Source: Macrostomum lignano (lineage: Eukaryota). Taken from it: a stretch of DNA of 64,000 bases. Numbering within the stretch: the stretch's first letter is position 1; every line of letters starts with the position of its first letter. The position numbers were made by a program, and so were the translations under genes. The stretch is taken from the NCBI GenBank assembly GCA_002269645.1, contig NIVC01002695.1:1-64000 (forward strand), written 5' to 3'. Below are positions 34,618-49,500 of this stretch, in pieces. The notes under the pieces were generated by a model that saw only the letters and a program-made list of their open reading frames with translations, was not told where the DNA came from and ran no database searches.

Positions 34618-37600
34618 CTAGCAATCTTCGCCCCCCCGATGGGGGACATCTAAATAGAATATCTGTTCTCTAAAAGTAACAAAAAGACAGCGAAATAAAG
34701 CTTTCACAAAGACAACAGACATTCCATCTGTAAAGAAAACATCCCCAGACAGCATGCAAGCATCTCCCAGATAGCATGCAAGCATCTCCCAGATAGCAAG
34801 CATCCCCCAAATAGCAAGAATCCCCCAGATAGCAAGCATCCCCAGACAGCATGCAAGCATCTTCCAGATAGCAAGCATCCCCCAGATAGCAAGCAGGGAG
34901 CACGAGAAATGCCCGCAGACTAATTGCCCGCCGAGATTTGCCCGCAGGAGATTTGCCTGTGGAGATTTGCCCGCCGAGCTTTTCCCGCGGAGATTTGCCC
35001 GCAGTGCATTTTGCCCGTGAGCGAATTGCCCGTGGAGATTTGCCCGCCGAGAATTGCCCGCCGAAATTTGCCCGCAGTGCAATTTGCCCGCGAGCGAGTT
35101 GCCCGCCGAGTTTTTTCCCGCCGAGGTTTGCCCGCAGTGCTTTTTTCCTGCAGCGCATTTGGCAGCTAGATTCTGTCTGCATTGCCCCCCCCCCAAAAAA
35201 AATATGCTTTTTGTGACATTGTGGCGATACGCTAGTGTATTTTTATTATTGCAATATTATGCTTTGTGCATTCTTAGTTAGTTAGTATTTGCGTGCGCGC
35301 TGATTGGCTAGTGTGTTTCGTTTTACGCGTGGCTAGCATGGTGGGGTCTGGGCAGTCAGGCCAACCACCCTCTTTAGTCCTAGGGTTGATGAATAAGAAT
35401 AAACAAGTCATATAAGAGCCCAGTTGTGTGTACTGGCTCTCCACGTTTAACTTTCCTACGCATTCACTACAAGCCTTTAGCTTCAATCCATTACACTTTT
35501 GATATGCAGTTACTATCAAAACGTTTTGATCGTGTAAATCTCTTTATTGAGATTAACACGTACTAAGCATTGGGAAGGCAATGCAGACAAAATCTGCCGC
35601 GTCGCTAAATGCGCTGCAGGAAAAAGGCATTGCGGGCAAACCTCGGCAGGAAAAAACTCGGCGGGCAACTCGCTCGCGGGCAAATTGCACTGCGGGCAAA
35701 TCTCGGCGGGCAATTCTCGGCGGGCAAATCTCCACGGGCAATTCGCTCACGGGCAAAATGCACTGCGGGCAAATCTCCGCGGGAAAAGCTCGGCGGGCAA
35801 ATTTCCACGGGCAAATCTCCTGCGGGCAAATCTCGGCGGGCAATTTGTCTGCGGGCAATTCTCATGGACCCAGCAAGCATCCCCAGACAGCATGCAAGCA
35901 TCCCCAGACAGCATGCAACCATCCCCCAGATAGCAAGCATCCCTGGATACAAAGAATCCTTATAGATAGCTAGCAACCCCCTCTCAGATAGCAAGTAGCC
36001 TCCACTCCCCAAGAGCAAGCATCCCCCAATAGCAAGTTACCCCAGATAGCAAGCATTCTTCCGATAGCAAGCATCCCTCCCCCAATAGCAAGCATCACTC
36101 AGATAGCAAGCATCCCCCTGATAGCAAGTATCCATCCTTAAATAGCAAGCATCCACCAGACATCAAGTAGCTAGTGCAATAATTTCCTTAGCTTTATAGT
36201 GGCTCCATTTTGTTTGGCATGACACTTCTTTTTATGTTTGACATGGTGGCTCTTCTATGTTTGACATGGACACATGGTGTCTCTTCTATGTTTGACATGG
36301 TGGCTCTTCTATGTTTGACATGGTAGCTCTTTAATGTTTGACATGGAGTCACGTATATGTTTGACATAGTGGCTCTTTAATGATTGACATCGTGGTTCTT
36401 TAATGTTTGACATGGTGGCTCTTTAATGTTTGACATGGTGTCTCTGTTATGTTTGACATGGTGGCTCAGTTGTTCGACATGGTGTCTCTTCTATGTTTGA
36501 CATGGTGGCTCTTTTGTGTTTGACATTGTGGCTCTTTAATGTTTGACATGGTGGCTCTTCTATGTTTGACATGGTAGCACTTTAATCTTCGACATGATGG
36601 CTCTTTAATTTTTGACATTGTGGCTCTTTAATGTTTGATATGGTGGCTCTTTTATGTTTGACATGGTGGCTCTTTAATGTTTGACATGGAGTAATGTATA
36701 TGCTTGACGTGGTGGTTCTTTTATGGTTGACATGGTGGCTTTTTTATGTTTGACATGGCGGCTCTTTTATGTTTGGCATGGTGGCTCTTTTATGTTCGAC
36801 ATGGTGGCTCAATAATGTTCGACATGGTGGCTCTTTTATGTTTGACATGGTGGCTCTTTTATGTTCGACATGGTGGCTCTTTTGTGTTTGACATTGTGGC
36901 TCTTTAATGTCTGACATGGTGGCTCAATAATGTTCGACATGGTGGCTCTTTTATGTTTGACATGCTGGCTCTTTAGTGTTTGACATGCTGGCTCTTTAAT
37001 GTTTGACATGGTGGCTCTTTAATGTTTGGCATGGTGGATCTTTAATGTTTGACATGGAGTAATGTATATGCTTGACGTGGTGGTTCTTTTATGGTTGACA
37101 TGGTGGCTTTTTTATGTTTGACATGGCGGCTCTTTTATGTTTGGCATGGTGGCTCTTTTATGTTCGACATGGTGGCTCAATAATGTTCGACATGGTGGCT
37201 CTTTAATGTTTGACATGGTAGTTCTTTTATGTTTGATATGGTGGCTCTTTTATGTTTGGCATGGTGGCTCTTTAATGTCTGACATGGTGGCTTAATAATG
37301 TTCGACATGGTGGCTCTTTTATGTTCGACATGCTGGCTCTTTAATGTTTGACATGGTGGCTCTTTAATGTTTGGCATGGTGGCTCTTTAATGTTTGACAT
37401 GGTGGCTCTTTTATGTTTGGCATGGAGTAATGTATATGCTTGACGTGGTGGTTCTTTTATGGTTGACATGGTGGCTCTTTTATGTTCGACATGGTGGCTC
37501 TTTTATCTTTGGCATGGTGGCTCTTTAATGTTTGGCATGGTGGCTCTTTAATGTTTGACATGGTGGCTCTTTAATATTTGACATGGTGGCCCTTTTATGT

Positions 37601-40600
37601 TCGACATGGTGGCTCTTCAATGTTTGACATGGTACCTCTTTTATGTTCGACATAGTGGCTCTTTAATGTTTTACATGGTGGCTCTTTATTTTTTGACATG
37701 GTGACTCTTTTATGTTCTTCATGGTAGATCTTTTATGTTTGACATGGTGGCTCTTTAATGTTCGACATGGTGGCTCTTTTATGTTTGACATCGTGGCTCT
37801 TTACTTTTCGAAATGGTGGCTCTGTTTTATGTTTGACCTGGTGGCTCTTTAGTGTTCGACATAGTGGCTGTTTTATGTTTGACATGATGGCTCTTTAATG
37901 TTCGACATGGTGGCTCTTTAATGTTTTTATTGGTGTCTGTTTTATGTTTGACATGGTGGCTCTTTAATGTTTGACATGGTAGTTCTTTTATGTTTGATAT
38001 GGTGGCTCTTTTATGTTCGACATAGTGGCTCTTTAATGTTCGACATGGTGGCTCTTTTAGGTTTGAAATGGTGGCTCTTTTGTGTTTGACATTGTGGCTC
38101 TTTATTGTTTGACATGGTGGCTCTTCTATGTTTGACATGGTAGCACTTTAATCTTCGACATTGTGGCTCTTTAATGTTTGATATGGTGGCTCTTTTATGT
38201 TTGACATTGTGGCTCTTTAATGTTTGATATGGTGGTTCTTTTATGGTTGACATGGTGGCTTTTTTATGTTTGACATGTTGGCTCTTTTATGTTTGGCATG
38301 GTGGCTCTTTTATGTTCGACATGGTGGCTCAATGATGTTCGACATGGGGGCTCTTTTATGTTTGACATGGTGGCTCTTTTATGTTCGACATGTTGGCTCT
38401 TTTATGTTTGGCATGGTGGCTCTTTAATGTCTGACATGGTGGCTCAATAATATTCGACATGGTGGCTCTTTTATGTTTGACATGCTGGCTCTTTAATGTT
38501 TGACATGCTGGCTCTTTAATGTTTGACATGGTGGCACTTTAATTTTTGACCTGGTGGCTCTTTAATGTTTTACATGGTGGCTCTTTAATATTTGACATGG
38601 TGGCCCTTTTATGTTCGACATGGTGGCTCTTCAATGTTAGACATGGTGGCTCTTTAATATTCGACATGGTGGCTCTTTAATGTTTGACATTGAGGCTCTT
38701 TAATGTTTGACATGGTGGCTCTTTTATGTTGGACATGGTGGTTCTTTTATGTTCGACATGGCGGCTCTTTTTTTTGTTTGACATGGTGGCTCTTTACTGT
38801 TTGACCTGGACTCACATATATGTTTGACATGGTGGCTTTTTTATGTTTTACATGGTGGCTCTTTAATGTTAGATATGGTGGCTCTTTAATGTTTGACATG
38901 GTGGCTCTTTAATGTTAGACATGGTGGCTCTTTAATGGTCGACATGGTGGCTCTTTAATATTCGACATGGTGGCTCTTTAATGTTTGGCATGGTGGCTCT
39001 TTAATGTCTGACATGGTGGCTCAATAATATTCGACATGGTGGCTCTTTTATGTTTGACATGCTGGCTCTTTAGTGTTTGACATGCTGGCTCTTTAATGTT
39101 TGACATGGTGGCACTTTTATGTTTGACCTGGTGGCTTTTTTATGTTTTACATGGTGGTTCTTTTATGTTCGACATGGTGGCTCTTTTATGTTTGACATGG
39201 TGGCTCTTTACTGTTTGACCTGGACTCACATATATGTTTGACATGGTGGCTCTTTTATGTTTGATATGGTGTCTTTTTTATGTTTTACATGGTGGCTCTT
39301 TAATGTTAGACATGGTGGCTCTTTAATGTTTGACATGGTGGCTCTTTACTTTTCGAAATGGTGGCTCTGTTTTATGTTTGACCTGGTGGCTCTTTAATGT
39401 TCGACATAGTGGCTGTTTTATGTTTGACATGATGGCTCTTTAATGTTCGACATGGTGGCTCTTTAATGTTTTTATTGGTGTCTGTTTTATGTTTGACATG
39501 GTGGCTCTTTAATGTTTGACATGGTAGTTCTTTTATGTTTGATATGGTGGCTCTTTTATGTTCGACATAGTGGCTCTTTAATGTTCGACATGGTGGCTCT
39601 TTTAGGTTTGAAATGGTGGCTCTTTTGTGTTTGACATTGTGGCTCTTTAATGTTTGATATGGTGGTTCTTTTATGGTTGACATGGTGGCTTTTTTATGTT
39701 TGACATGTTGGCTCTTTAATGTTTGATATGGTGGCTCTTTTATGTTTGACATTGTGGCTCTTTAATGTTTGATATGGTGGTTCTTTTATGGTTGACATGG
39801 TGGCTTTTTTATGTTTGACATGTTGGCTCTTTTATGTTTGGCATGGTGGCTCTTTTATGTTCGACATGGTGGCTCAATGATGTCCGACATGGGGGCTCTT
39901 TTATGTTTGACATGGTGGCTCTTTTATGTTCGACATGTTGGCTCTTTTATGTTTGGCATGGTGGCTCTTTAATGTCTGACATGGTGGCTCAATAATATTC
40001 GACATGGTGGCTCTTTTATGTTTGACATGCTGGCTCTTTAGTGTTTGACATGCTGGCTCTTTAATGTTTGACATGGTGGCACTTTTATGTTTGACCTGGT
40101 GGCTCTTTAATGTTTTACATGGTGGCTCTTTAATATTTGACATGGTGGCCCTTTTATGTTCGACATGGTGGCTCTTCAATGTTAGACATGGTGGCTCTTT
40201 AATATTCGACATGGTGGCTCTTTAATGTTTGACATTGCGGCTCTTTAATGTTTGACATGGTGGCTCTTTTATGTTGGACATGGTGGTTCTTTTATGTTCG
40301 ACATGGCGGCTCTTTTTTTGTTTGACATGGTGGCTCTTTACTGTTTGACCTGGACTCACATATATGTTTGACATGGTGGCTTTTTTATGTTTTACATGGT
40401 GGCTCTTTAATGTTAGATATGGTGGCTCTTTAATGTTTGACATGGTGGCTCTTTAATGTTAGACATGGTGGCTCTTTAATGGTCGACATGGTGGCTCTTT
40501 AATATTCGACATGGTGGCTCTTTAATGTTTGGCATGGTGGCTCTTTAATGTCTGACATGGTGGCTCAATAATATTCGACATGGTGGCTCTTTTATGTTTG

Positions 40601-43600
40601 ACATGCTGGCTCTTTAGTGTTTGACATGCTGGCTCTTTAATGTTTGACATGGTGGCACTTTTATGTTTGACCTGGTGGCTCTTTAATGTTTTACATGGTG
40701 GTTCTTTTATGTTCGACATGGTGGCTCTTTAATATTTGACATGGTGGCTCTTTACTGTTTGACCTGGACTCACATATATGTTTGACATGGTGGCTCTTTA
40801 ATGTTTGACATGGTGGCTCTTTACTTTTCGAAATGGTGGCTCTGTTTTATGTTTGACCTGGTGGCTCTTTAATGTTCGACATAGTGGCTGTTTTATGTTT
40901 GACATGGTGGCTCTTTAATGTTTGACATGGTAGTTCTTTTATGTTTGATATGGTGGCTCTTTTATGTTCGACATAGTGGCTCTTTAATGTTCGACATGGT
41001 GGCTCTTTTAGGTTTGAAATGGTGGCTCTTTTGTGTTTGACATTGTGGCTCTTTAATGTCTGACATGGTGGCTCTTCTATGTTTGACATGGTAGCACTTT
41101 AATCTTCGACATTGTGGCTCTTTAATGTTTGATATGGTGGCTCTTTTATGTTTGACATTGTGGCTCTTTAATGTTTGATATGGTGGTTCTTTTATGGTTG
41201 ACATGGTGGCTTTTTTATGTTTGACATGTTGGCTCTTTTATGTTTGGCATGGTGGCTCTTTTATGTTCGACATGGTGGCTCAATGATGTTCGACATGGTG
41301 GCTCTTTTATGTTTGACATGGTGGCTCTTTTATGTTCGACATGTTGGCTCTTTTATGTTTGGCATGGTGGCTCTTTAATGTCTGACATGGTGGCTCAATA
41401 ATATTCGACATGGTGGCTCTTTTATGTTTGACATGCTGGCTCTTTAGTGTTTGACATGCTGGCTCTTTAATGTTTGACATGGTGGCACTTTTATGTTTGA
41501 CCTGGTGGCTCTTTAATGTTTTACATAGTGGCTCTTTAATATTTGACATGGTGGCCCTTTTATGTTCGACATGGTGGCTCTTCAATGTTAGACATGGTGG
41601 CTCTTTAATATTCGACATGGTGGCTCTTTAATGTTTGACATTGCGGCTCTTTAATGTTTGACATGGTGGCTCTTTTATGTTGGACATGGTGGTTCTTTTA
41701 TGTTCGACATGGCGGCTCTTTTTTTTGTTTGACATGGTGGCTCTTTACTGTTTGACCTGGACTCACATATATGTTTGACATGGTGGCTTTTTTATGTTTT
41801 ACATGGTGGCTCTTTAATGTTAGATATGGTGGCTCTTTAATGTTTGACATGGTGGCTCTTTAATGTTAGACATGGTGGCTCTTTAATGGTCGACATGGTG
41901 GCTCTTTAATATTCGACATGGTGGCTCTTTAATGTTTGGCATGGTGGCTCTTTAATGTCTGACATGGTGGCTCAATAATATTCGACATGGTGGCTCTTTT
42001 ATGTTTGACATGCTGGCTCTTTAGTGTTTGAAATGCTGGCTCTTTAATGTTTGACATGGTGGCACTTTTATGTTTGACCTGGTGGCTCTTTAATGTTTTA
42101 CATGGTGGTTCTTTTATGTTCGACATGGTGGCTCTTTAATATTTGACATAGTGGCTCTTTAATGTTCGACATGGTGGCTCTTTTAGGTTTGAAATGGTGG
42201 CTCTTTTGTGTTTGACATTGTGGCTCTTTAATGTCTGACATGGTGGCTCTTCTATGTTTGACATGGTAGCACTTTAATCTTCGACATTGTGGCTCTTTAA
42301 TGTTTGATATGGTGGCTCTTTTATGTTTGACATTGTGGCTCTTTAATGTTTGATATGGTGGTTCTTTTATGGTTGACATGGTGGCTTTTTTATGTTTGAC
42401 ATGGTGGCTCTTTTATGTTCGACATGTTGGCTCTTTTATGTTTGGCATGGTGGCTCTTTAATGTCTGACATGGTGGCTCAATAATATTCGACATGGTGGC
42501 TCTTTTATGTTTGACATGCTGGCTCTTTAGTGTTTGACATGCTGGCTCTTTAATGTTTGACATGGTGGCACTTTTATGTTTGACCTGGTGGCTCTTTAAT
42601 GTTTTACATGGTGGTTCTTTTATGTTCGACATGGTGGCTCTTTAATATTTGACATGGTGGCTCTTTACTGTTTGACCTGGACTCACATATATGTTTGACA
42701 TGGTGGCTCTTTAATGTTTGACATGGTGGCTCTTTACTTTTCGAAATGGTGGCTCTGTTTTATGTTTGACCTGGTGGCTCTTTAATGTTCGACATAGTGG
42801 CTGTTTTATGTTTGACATGGTGGCTCTTTAATGTTTGACATGGTAGTTCTTTTATGTTTGATATGGTGGCTCTTTTATGTTCGACATAGTGGCTCTTTAA
42901 TGTTCGACATGGTGGCTCTTTTAGGTTTGAAATGGTGGCTCTTTTGTGTTTGACATTGTGGCTCTTTAATGTCTGACATGGTGGCTCTTCTATGTTTGAC
43001 ATGGTAGCACTTTAATCTTCGACATTGTGGCTCTTTAATGTTTGATATGGTGGCTCTTTTATGTTTGACATTGTGGCTCTTTAATGTTTGATATGGTGGT
43101 TCTTTTATGGTTGACATGGTGGCTTTTTTATGTTTGACATGTTGGCTCTTTTATGTTTGGCATGGTGGCTCTTTTATGTTCGACATGGTGGCTCAATGAT
43201 GTTCGACATGGTGGCTCTTTTATGTTTGACATGGTGGCTCTTTTATGTTCGACATGTTGGCTCTTTAATGTTTGGCATGGTGGCTCTTTAATGTCTGACA
43301 TGGTGGCTCAATAATATTCGACATGGTGGCTCTTTTATGTTTGACATGCTGGCTCTTTAGTGTTTGACATGCTGGCTCTTTAATGTTTGACATGGTGGCA
43401 CTTTTATGTTTGACCTGGTGGCTCTTTAATGTTTTACATGGTGGTTCTTTTATGTTCGACATGGTGGCTCTTTAATATTTGACATGGTGGCTCTTTACTG
43501 TTTGACCTGGACTCACATATATGTTTGACATGGTGGCTCTTTAATGTTTGACATGGTGGCTCTTTACTTTTCGAAATGGTGGCTCTGTTTTATGTTTGAC

Positions 43601-46585
43601 CTGGTGGCTCTTTAATGTTCGACATAGTGGCTGTTTTATGTTTGACATGGTGGCTCTTTAATGTTTGACATGGTAGTTCTTTTATGTTTGATATGGTGGC
43701 TCTTTTATGTTCGACATAGTGGCTCTTTAATGTTCGACATGGTGGCTCTTTTAGGTTTGAAATGGTGGCTCTTTTGTGTTTGACATTGTGGCTCTTTAAT
43801 GTCTGACATGGTGGCTCTTCTATGTTTGACATGGTAGCACTTTAATCTTCGACATTGTGGCTCTTTAATGTTTGATATGGTGGCTCTTTTATGTTTGACA
43901 TTGTGGCTCTTTAATGTTTGATATGGTGGTTCTTTTATGGTTGACATGGTGGCTTTTTTATGTTTGACATGTTGGCTCTTTTATGTTTGGCATGGTGGCT
44001 CTTTTATGTTCGACATGGTGGCTCAATGATGTTCGACATGGTGGCTCTTTTATGTTTGACATGGTGGCTCTTTTATGTTCGACATGTTGGCTCTTTTATG
44101 TTTGGCATGGTGGCTCTTTAATGTCTGACATGGTGGCTCAATAATATTCGACATGGTGGCTCTTTTATGTTTGACATGCTGGCTCTTTAGTGTTTGACAT
44201 GCTGGCTCTTTAATGTTTGACATGGTGGCACTTTTATGTTTGACCTGGTGGCTCTTTAATGTTTTACATAGTGGCTCTTTAATATTTGACATGGTGGCCC
44301 TTTTATGTTCGACATGGTGGCTCTTCAATGTTAGACATGGTGGCTCTTTAATATTCGACATGGTGGCTCTTTAATGTTTGACATTGCGGCTCTTTAATGT
44401 TTGACATGGTGGCTCTTTTATGTTGGACATGGTGGTTCTTTTATGTTCGACATGGCGGCTCTTTTTTTGTTTGACATGGTGGCTCTTTACTGTTTGACCT
44501 GGACTCACATATATGTTTGACATGGTGGCTTTTTTTATGTTTTACATGGTGGCTCTTTAATGTTAGATATGGTGGCTCTTTAATGTTGACATGGTGCTCT
44601 TTAATGTTAGACATGGTGGCTCTTTAATGTCGACATGGTGGCTCTTTAATATTCGACATGGTGGCTCTTTAATGTTTGGCATGGTGGCTCTTTAATGTCT
44701 GACATGGTGGCTCAATAATATTCGACATGGTGGCTCTTTTATGTTTGACATGCTGGCTCTTTAGTGTTTGAAATGCTGGCTCTTTAATGTTTGACATGGT
44801 GGCACTTTTATGTTTGACCTGGTGGCTCTTTAATGTTTTACATGGTGGTTCTTTTATGTTCGACATGGTGGCTCTTTAATATTTGACATAGTGGCTCTTT
44901 AATGTTCGACATGGTGGCTCTTTTAGGTTTGAAATGGTGGCTCTTTTGTGTTTGACATTGTGGCTCTTTAATGTCTGACATGGTGGCTCTTCTATGTTTG
45001 ACATGGTAGCACTTTAATCTTCGACATTGTGGCTCTTTAATGTTTGATATGGTGGCTCTTTTATGTTTGACATTGTGGCTCTTTAATGTTTGATATGGTG
45101 GTTCTTTTATGGTTGACATGGTGGCTTTTTTATGTTTGACATGGTGGCTCTTTTATGTTCGACATGTTGGCTCTTTTATGTTTGGCATGGTGGCTCTTTA
45201 ATGTCTGACATGGTGGCTCAATAATATTCGACATGGTGGCTCTTTTATGTTTGACATGCTGGCTCTTTAGTGTTTGACATGCTGGCTCTTTAATGTTTGA
45301 CATGGTGGCACTTTTATGTTTGACCTGGTGGCTCTTTAATGTTTTACATAGTGGCTCTTTAATATTTGACATGGTGGCCCTTTTATGTTCGACATGGTGG
45401 CTCTTCAATGTTAGACATGGTGGCTCTTTAATATTCGACATGGTGGCTCTTTAATGTTTGACATTGCGGCTCTTTAATGTTTGACATGGTGGCTCTTTTA
45501 TGTTGGACATGTGGTTCTTTTATGTTCGACATGGCGGCTCTTTTTTTTGTTTGACATGGTGGCTCTTTACTGTTTGACCTGCGACTCACATATATGTTTG
45601 ACATGGTGGCTTTTTTGTTTTACATGGTGGCTCTTTAATGTTAGATATGGTGGCTCTTTAATGTTTGACATGGTGGTCTTTAATGTTAGACATGGTGGCT
45701 CTTTAATGGTCGACATGGTGGCTCTTTAATATTCGACATGGTGGCTCTTTAATGTTTGGCATGGTGGCTCTTTAATGTCTGACATGGTGGCTCAATAATA
45801 TTGACATGGTGGCCTCTTTTATGTTTGACATGCTGGCTCTTTAGTGTTTTGAAATGCTGGCTCTTTTAATGTTTGACATGGTGGCACTTTTATGTTTGAC
45901 CTGGTGGCTCTTTAATGTTTTACATGGTGGTTCTTTTATGTTCGACATGGTGGCTCTTTAATATTTGACATGGCTCTTTAATGTTTGACATTGTGCTTTT
46001 TTGTGTTTAGCATTTGTGTTTTTAAGGTTTTTGAATAAAAAAATCTTTTTGCACTACTAAGATTCGAACCCAGGTCGCTGCATTAGCAGTCCAGTCTGTT
46101 CGCATCTATGCTATCTCTTGTCAATTGAGTACGTTAATTGTGGCCCTTATAATTAAATTCTTATAGCAAATCGGTTAGAGTAAAAAGTTATGACATAATC
46201 AATTTCTCAGTCAGCAGTATCAGTGTCAATTTAAGTTAGCAATATTGTTACGCAATTTAAATAAAGTTTTGTGTGCATTTGTTCGGCACTGTTTTTCAAC
46301 TGGTTGTGATGTAATCTTTATCACAATTGGAATTCAGTCAGTCAGTTTTTTTCTCTAGCATTCTTACAATGCATTTCAGGTCGAAAGAGCTGCTTGACCT
46401 TTGCAAAAAAGCATGTTTTCGAATATTTAATCCCTTTAGAATTGAGCAATTTCTTAGCCAAGATGCATGTACCGTCCCAGGAAAATTTCTGATCGAATGG
46501 TGCAAGTTTGAAGAAAATCGGTTGAGCCATTTTTTCTGAAATCTATCGCATAGCTAGTTACAGACATTTAATTTTTAGTATATAA
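34618..46585 (-). mobile_element. Helitron-like unit 4 with ~9.8-kb 23-bp satellite (GACATGGTGGCTCTTTAATGTTT, 36230-45990)
   Basis: TT start at 46585, conserved ~550-bp 5' region, 3' hairpin CCCCC-ATC-GGGGG and CTAG. Confidence 0.75.
34896..35871. mobile_element. 976-bp non-autonomous foldback-type DNA transposon with ~290-bp TIRs built of TTTGCCCGC subrepeats
   Basis: 34896-35186 and ~35577-35871 are inverted copies, both starting GGG. Flanks AGCAAGCA / AGCAAGCA form an 8-bp TSD within the 19-bp repeat. Confidence 0.8.
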
Positions 46586-49500
46586 CTAGCAATCTTCGCC
46601 CCCCGATGGGGGACATCTGGATAGAACTTCTGTTCTCTACAAGTAACAAAAGGACAGCCAAATAGAGTCTTTACAAAGACAACAGAAAAACTGCCCAAAT
46701 GAAGCACAATGCAAAAGAAAACATCCTAAGACAGCAAGCATCCCCTCCCCAGATAGCAAGCACCCAGATAGCAAGCACCCCAAGATAGCAAGATCCCTCA
46801 GATAGCAAGCACCCAGATAGAAAGAACCCCCAGATAGCAAGCATCCAATTGATAGCAAGTATCTATCCTTAAATAGCAAGCATCCACCAGACAAAAAGTA
46901 TATAGTGCAACATTTCCTTAGCTTTCTAGGGGCTGCTTTATGATTGGCATGACGCTTCTTATTACGTTTGAAATGTCTCTCCTGTGTTTGAAATGGTGGC
47001 TATTTTATTTTTGAATTCGTGGCTTTTTAATGTTTGGCATGGTGACTCTTTAATGTTCTACATGGTGGCTCGTCAATGTTTGACATCGTGCCAGTTTTAT
47101 GTTTGTCATGGTGGCTCCTTAATGTTAGAAACGGTGGCTCTTTAATGTTTGACATGGAGTCACATATATGTTTCACATGGTGGCTCTTCTATGTCTAACT
47201 TGGTAGCTCTTTTATGTTTGACATCGTGGCTCGTTAATGTTCGACATGGTGGCTGTTTAACTTTCGACATGTGGCTCTTTAATGTTCGACATGGTGGCTC
47301 TTTAATGTTTGACATGGTGGCTCTTTAACGTTCGACATGGTGGCGCTTTAATGTTCGACATGGCGGCTCTTTACTGTTTGACATGGGGGCTCTTTAATGT
47401 TCAACATGGTGGCTCTTTAATGTTCGACAGGTTGGCTCTTTAATGTTTGACATGGTGGCTCTTTAATGTTCAACATGGTCTCTTTATTGTTTGACATGGT
47501 GGCTTTTTAATGTTCGACATGGTGTCTCTTTAATGCTCGACATTGTGGCTCTTTAATGTTCTACATTGTGGCTCTTTAATTTTCTACATTGTTGCTCTTT
47601 AATGTTTGACATGTGGCTCTTTAATGTTCTACATGGTGGTTCTTTAATGTTCTACATTGTGGCTTTTTAATGTTCTACATTGTGGCTCTTTAATATTTAA
47701 CATGGTGGCTCTTTAATGTTCAACATGGTGGCTCTTTATTGTTTGACATGGTGGCTCTTTAATGTTCGACATGGTGGCTCTTTAATGTTCGACATGGTGG
47801 CTCTTTATTGTTCAAATTGTGGCTCTTTAATGTTCTACATTGTGGCTCTTTAATGTTCTACATATTGTGGCTCTTTAATCTTCGACATGGTGGCTCTTTA
47901 ATGTTTGATATTGTGGCTCTTTAATGTTCTACATATTGTGGCTCTTTAATGTTCGACATGGTGGCTCTTTAATGTTCTACATTGTGGATCTTTATTGTTT
48001 GACATGAAGGCTTTTTAATTTTTGACATCATGGCTCTTTAATGTTCTACATTGTGGCTCTTTAATGTTCTACATTGTGGCTCTTTAATGTTCTACATTGT
48101 GGCTCTTTAACGTTCGACAGGGTGGCTCTTTAATGTTTGACATGGAGTCACGTATGTGTTAGACATGGAGTCATGTATATATTTGGCATGGAGTCACATA
48201 TATGCTTTACATAGTAGCTCTTTAATGTTTGACATGTTGGCTCTTTAATGTGTGACATGGTGGCTCTTTAATGTTTGACATGGAGTCATGTATGTGTTTG
48301 GTATGGAGTCAGGTATATATTTGGCATGGAGTCACGTATATGTTTGACATGGTGGCTCTTTAATGTTTGACATAGTGGCTCTTTAATGTTTGACATAGTG
48401 GCTCTTTAATGTTTGACATAGTGGCTCTTTTATGTTTGACATGTTGGCTCTTTAATGTGTAACATAGTGGCTCTTTAATGTTTGACATAGTGGCTCTTTA
48501 ATGTTTGACATGGTGGCTCTTTTATGTGTGACATGGAGTCACGTATATATTTGACTTAGAGTCACATATGTGTTTGACATGGTGGCTCTTTAGTGTTCGA
48601 TATGGTGGCTCTTTAATGTTTGACATGGTGGCTCTTTAATGTTTGACATAGTGGCTCTTAATTTTTTACTTGGTGCTCTTTAATGTTTGACATGGTTGCT
48701 CCTTACTATATGACATGGTGGCTCTTTAATGTTTGACATGGAGTCACGTATGTGTTTGACATGGAGTCACGTATATATTTGGCATGGAGTCACGTAAATG
48801 CTTTACATGGTGGCTCTTTATGTTCGACAAAGAGTCATAAGTATATGTTTTACATGGTGGCTCTTTTATGTTTGACATGGAGTCACGTATATGTTTGACA
48901 TGTAGTCACGTATATGTTTGACTTGGAGTCACATATATGTTTGACATGGTGGCTCTTTAATGTTTGACATGGTGGCTTTTTAGTGTTTGACATGGTGGCT
49001 CTTTAATGTTTGACATGGAGTCACGTATATGTTTGACATGTAGTCACGTATATGTTTGACATGGAGTCACATATATGTTTGACATGGTGGCTCTTTAATG
49101 TTTGACATGGTGGCTTTTTAATGTTTGACATGGTGGCTCTTTAATGTTTGACATGGTGGCTCTTTTATGCTTGACATGGTGGCTCTTTTATGCTTGACAT
49201 GGTGGCTCTTTAATGTTCGACATGGTGGCTCTTTGATGTTTGACATGGTGGCTCTTTGATGTTTGACATGGTGGCTCTTTAATATTCTACATTGTGGCTC
49301 TTAAGTGTTCGAAATGGTGGCTCTTTTATATTCGACATGGTGGCTGTTTTAGGTTTGACATGGTGGCTTTTTTATGTTCGACATGGTGGCTCTTTAATGT
49401 TCGACATGGTGGCTCTTTAATGTTTGACATGGTGGCTCTTTAATGTTTGACATGGTGGCTCGTTAATATTCTACATTGTGGCTCTTAAGTGTTCGAAATA

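Noticed and set aside
34618-36018. Overlapping ORFs on both strands (AGKSPRA.., PAEICPQ..)
   Set aside because: They arise from the modular inverted repeats of the foldback element and show no transposase motifs.
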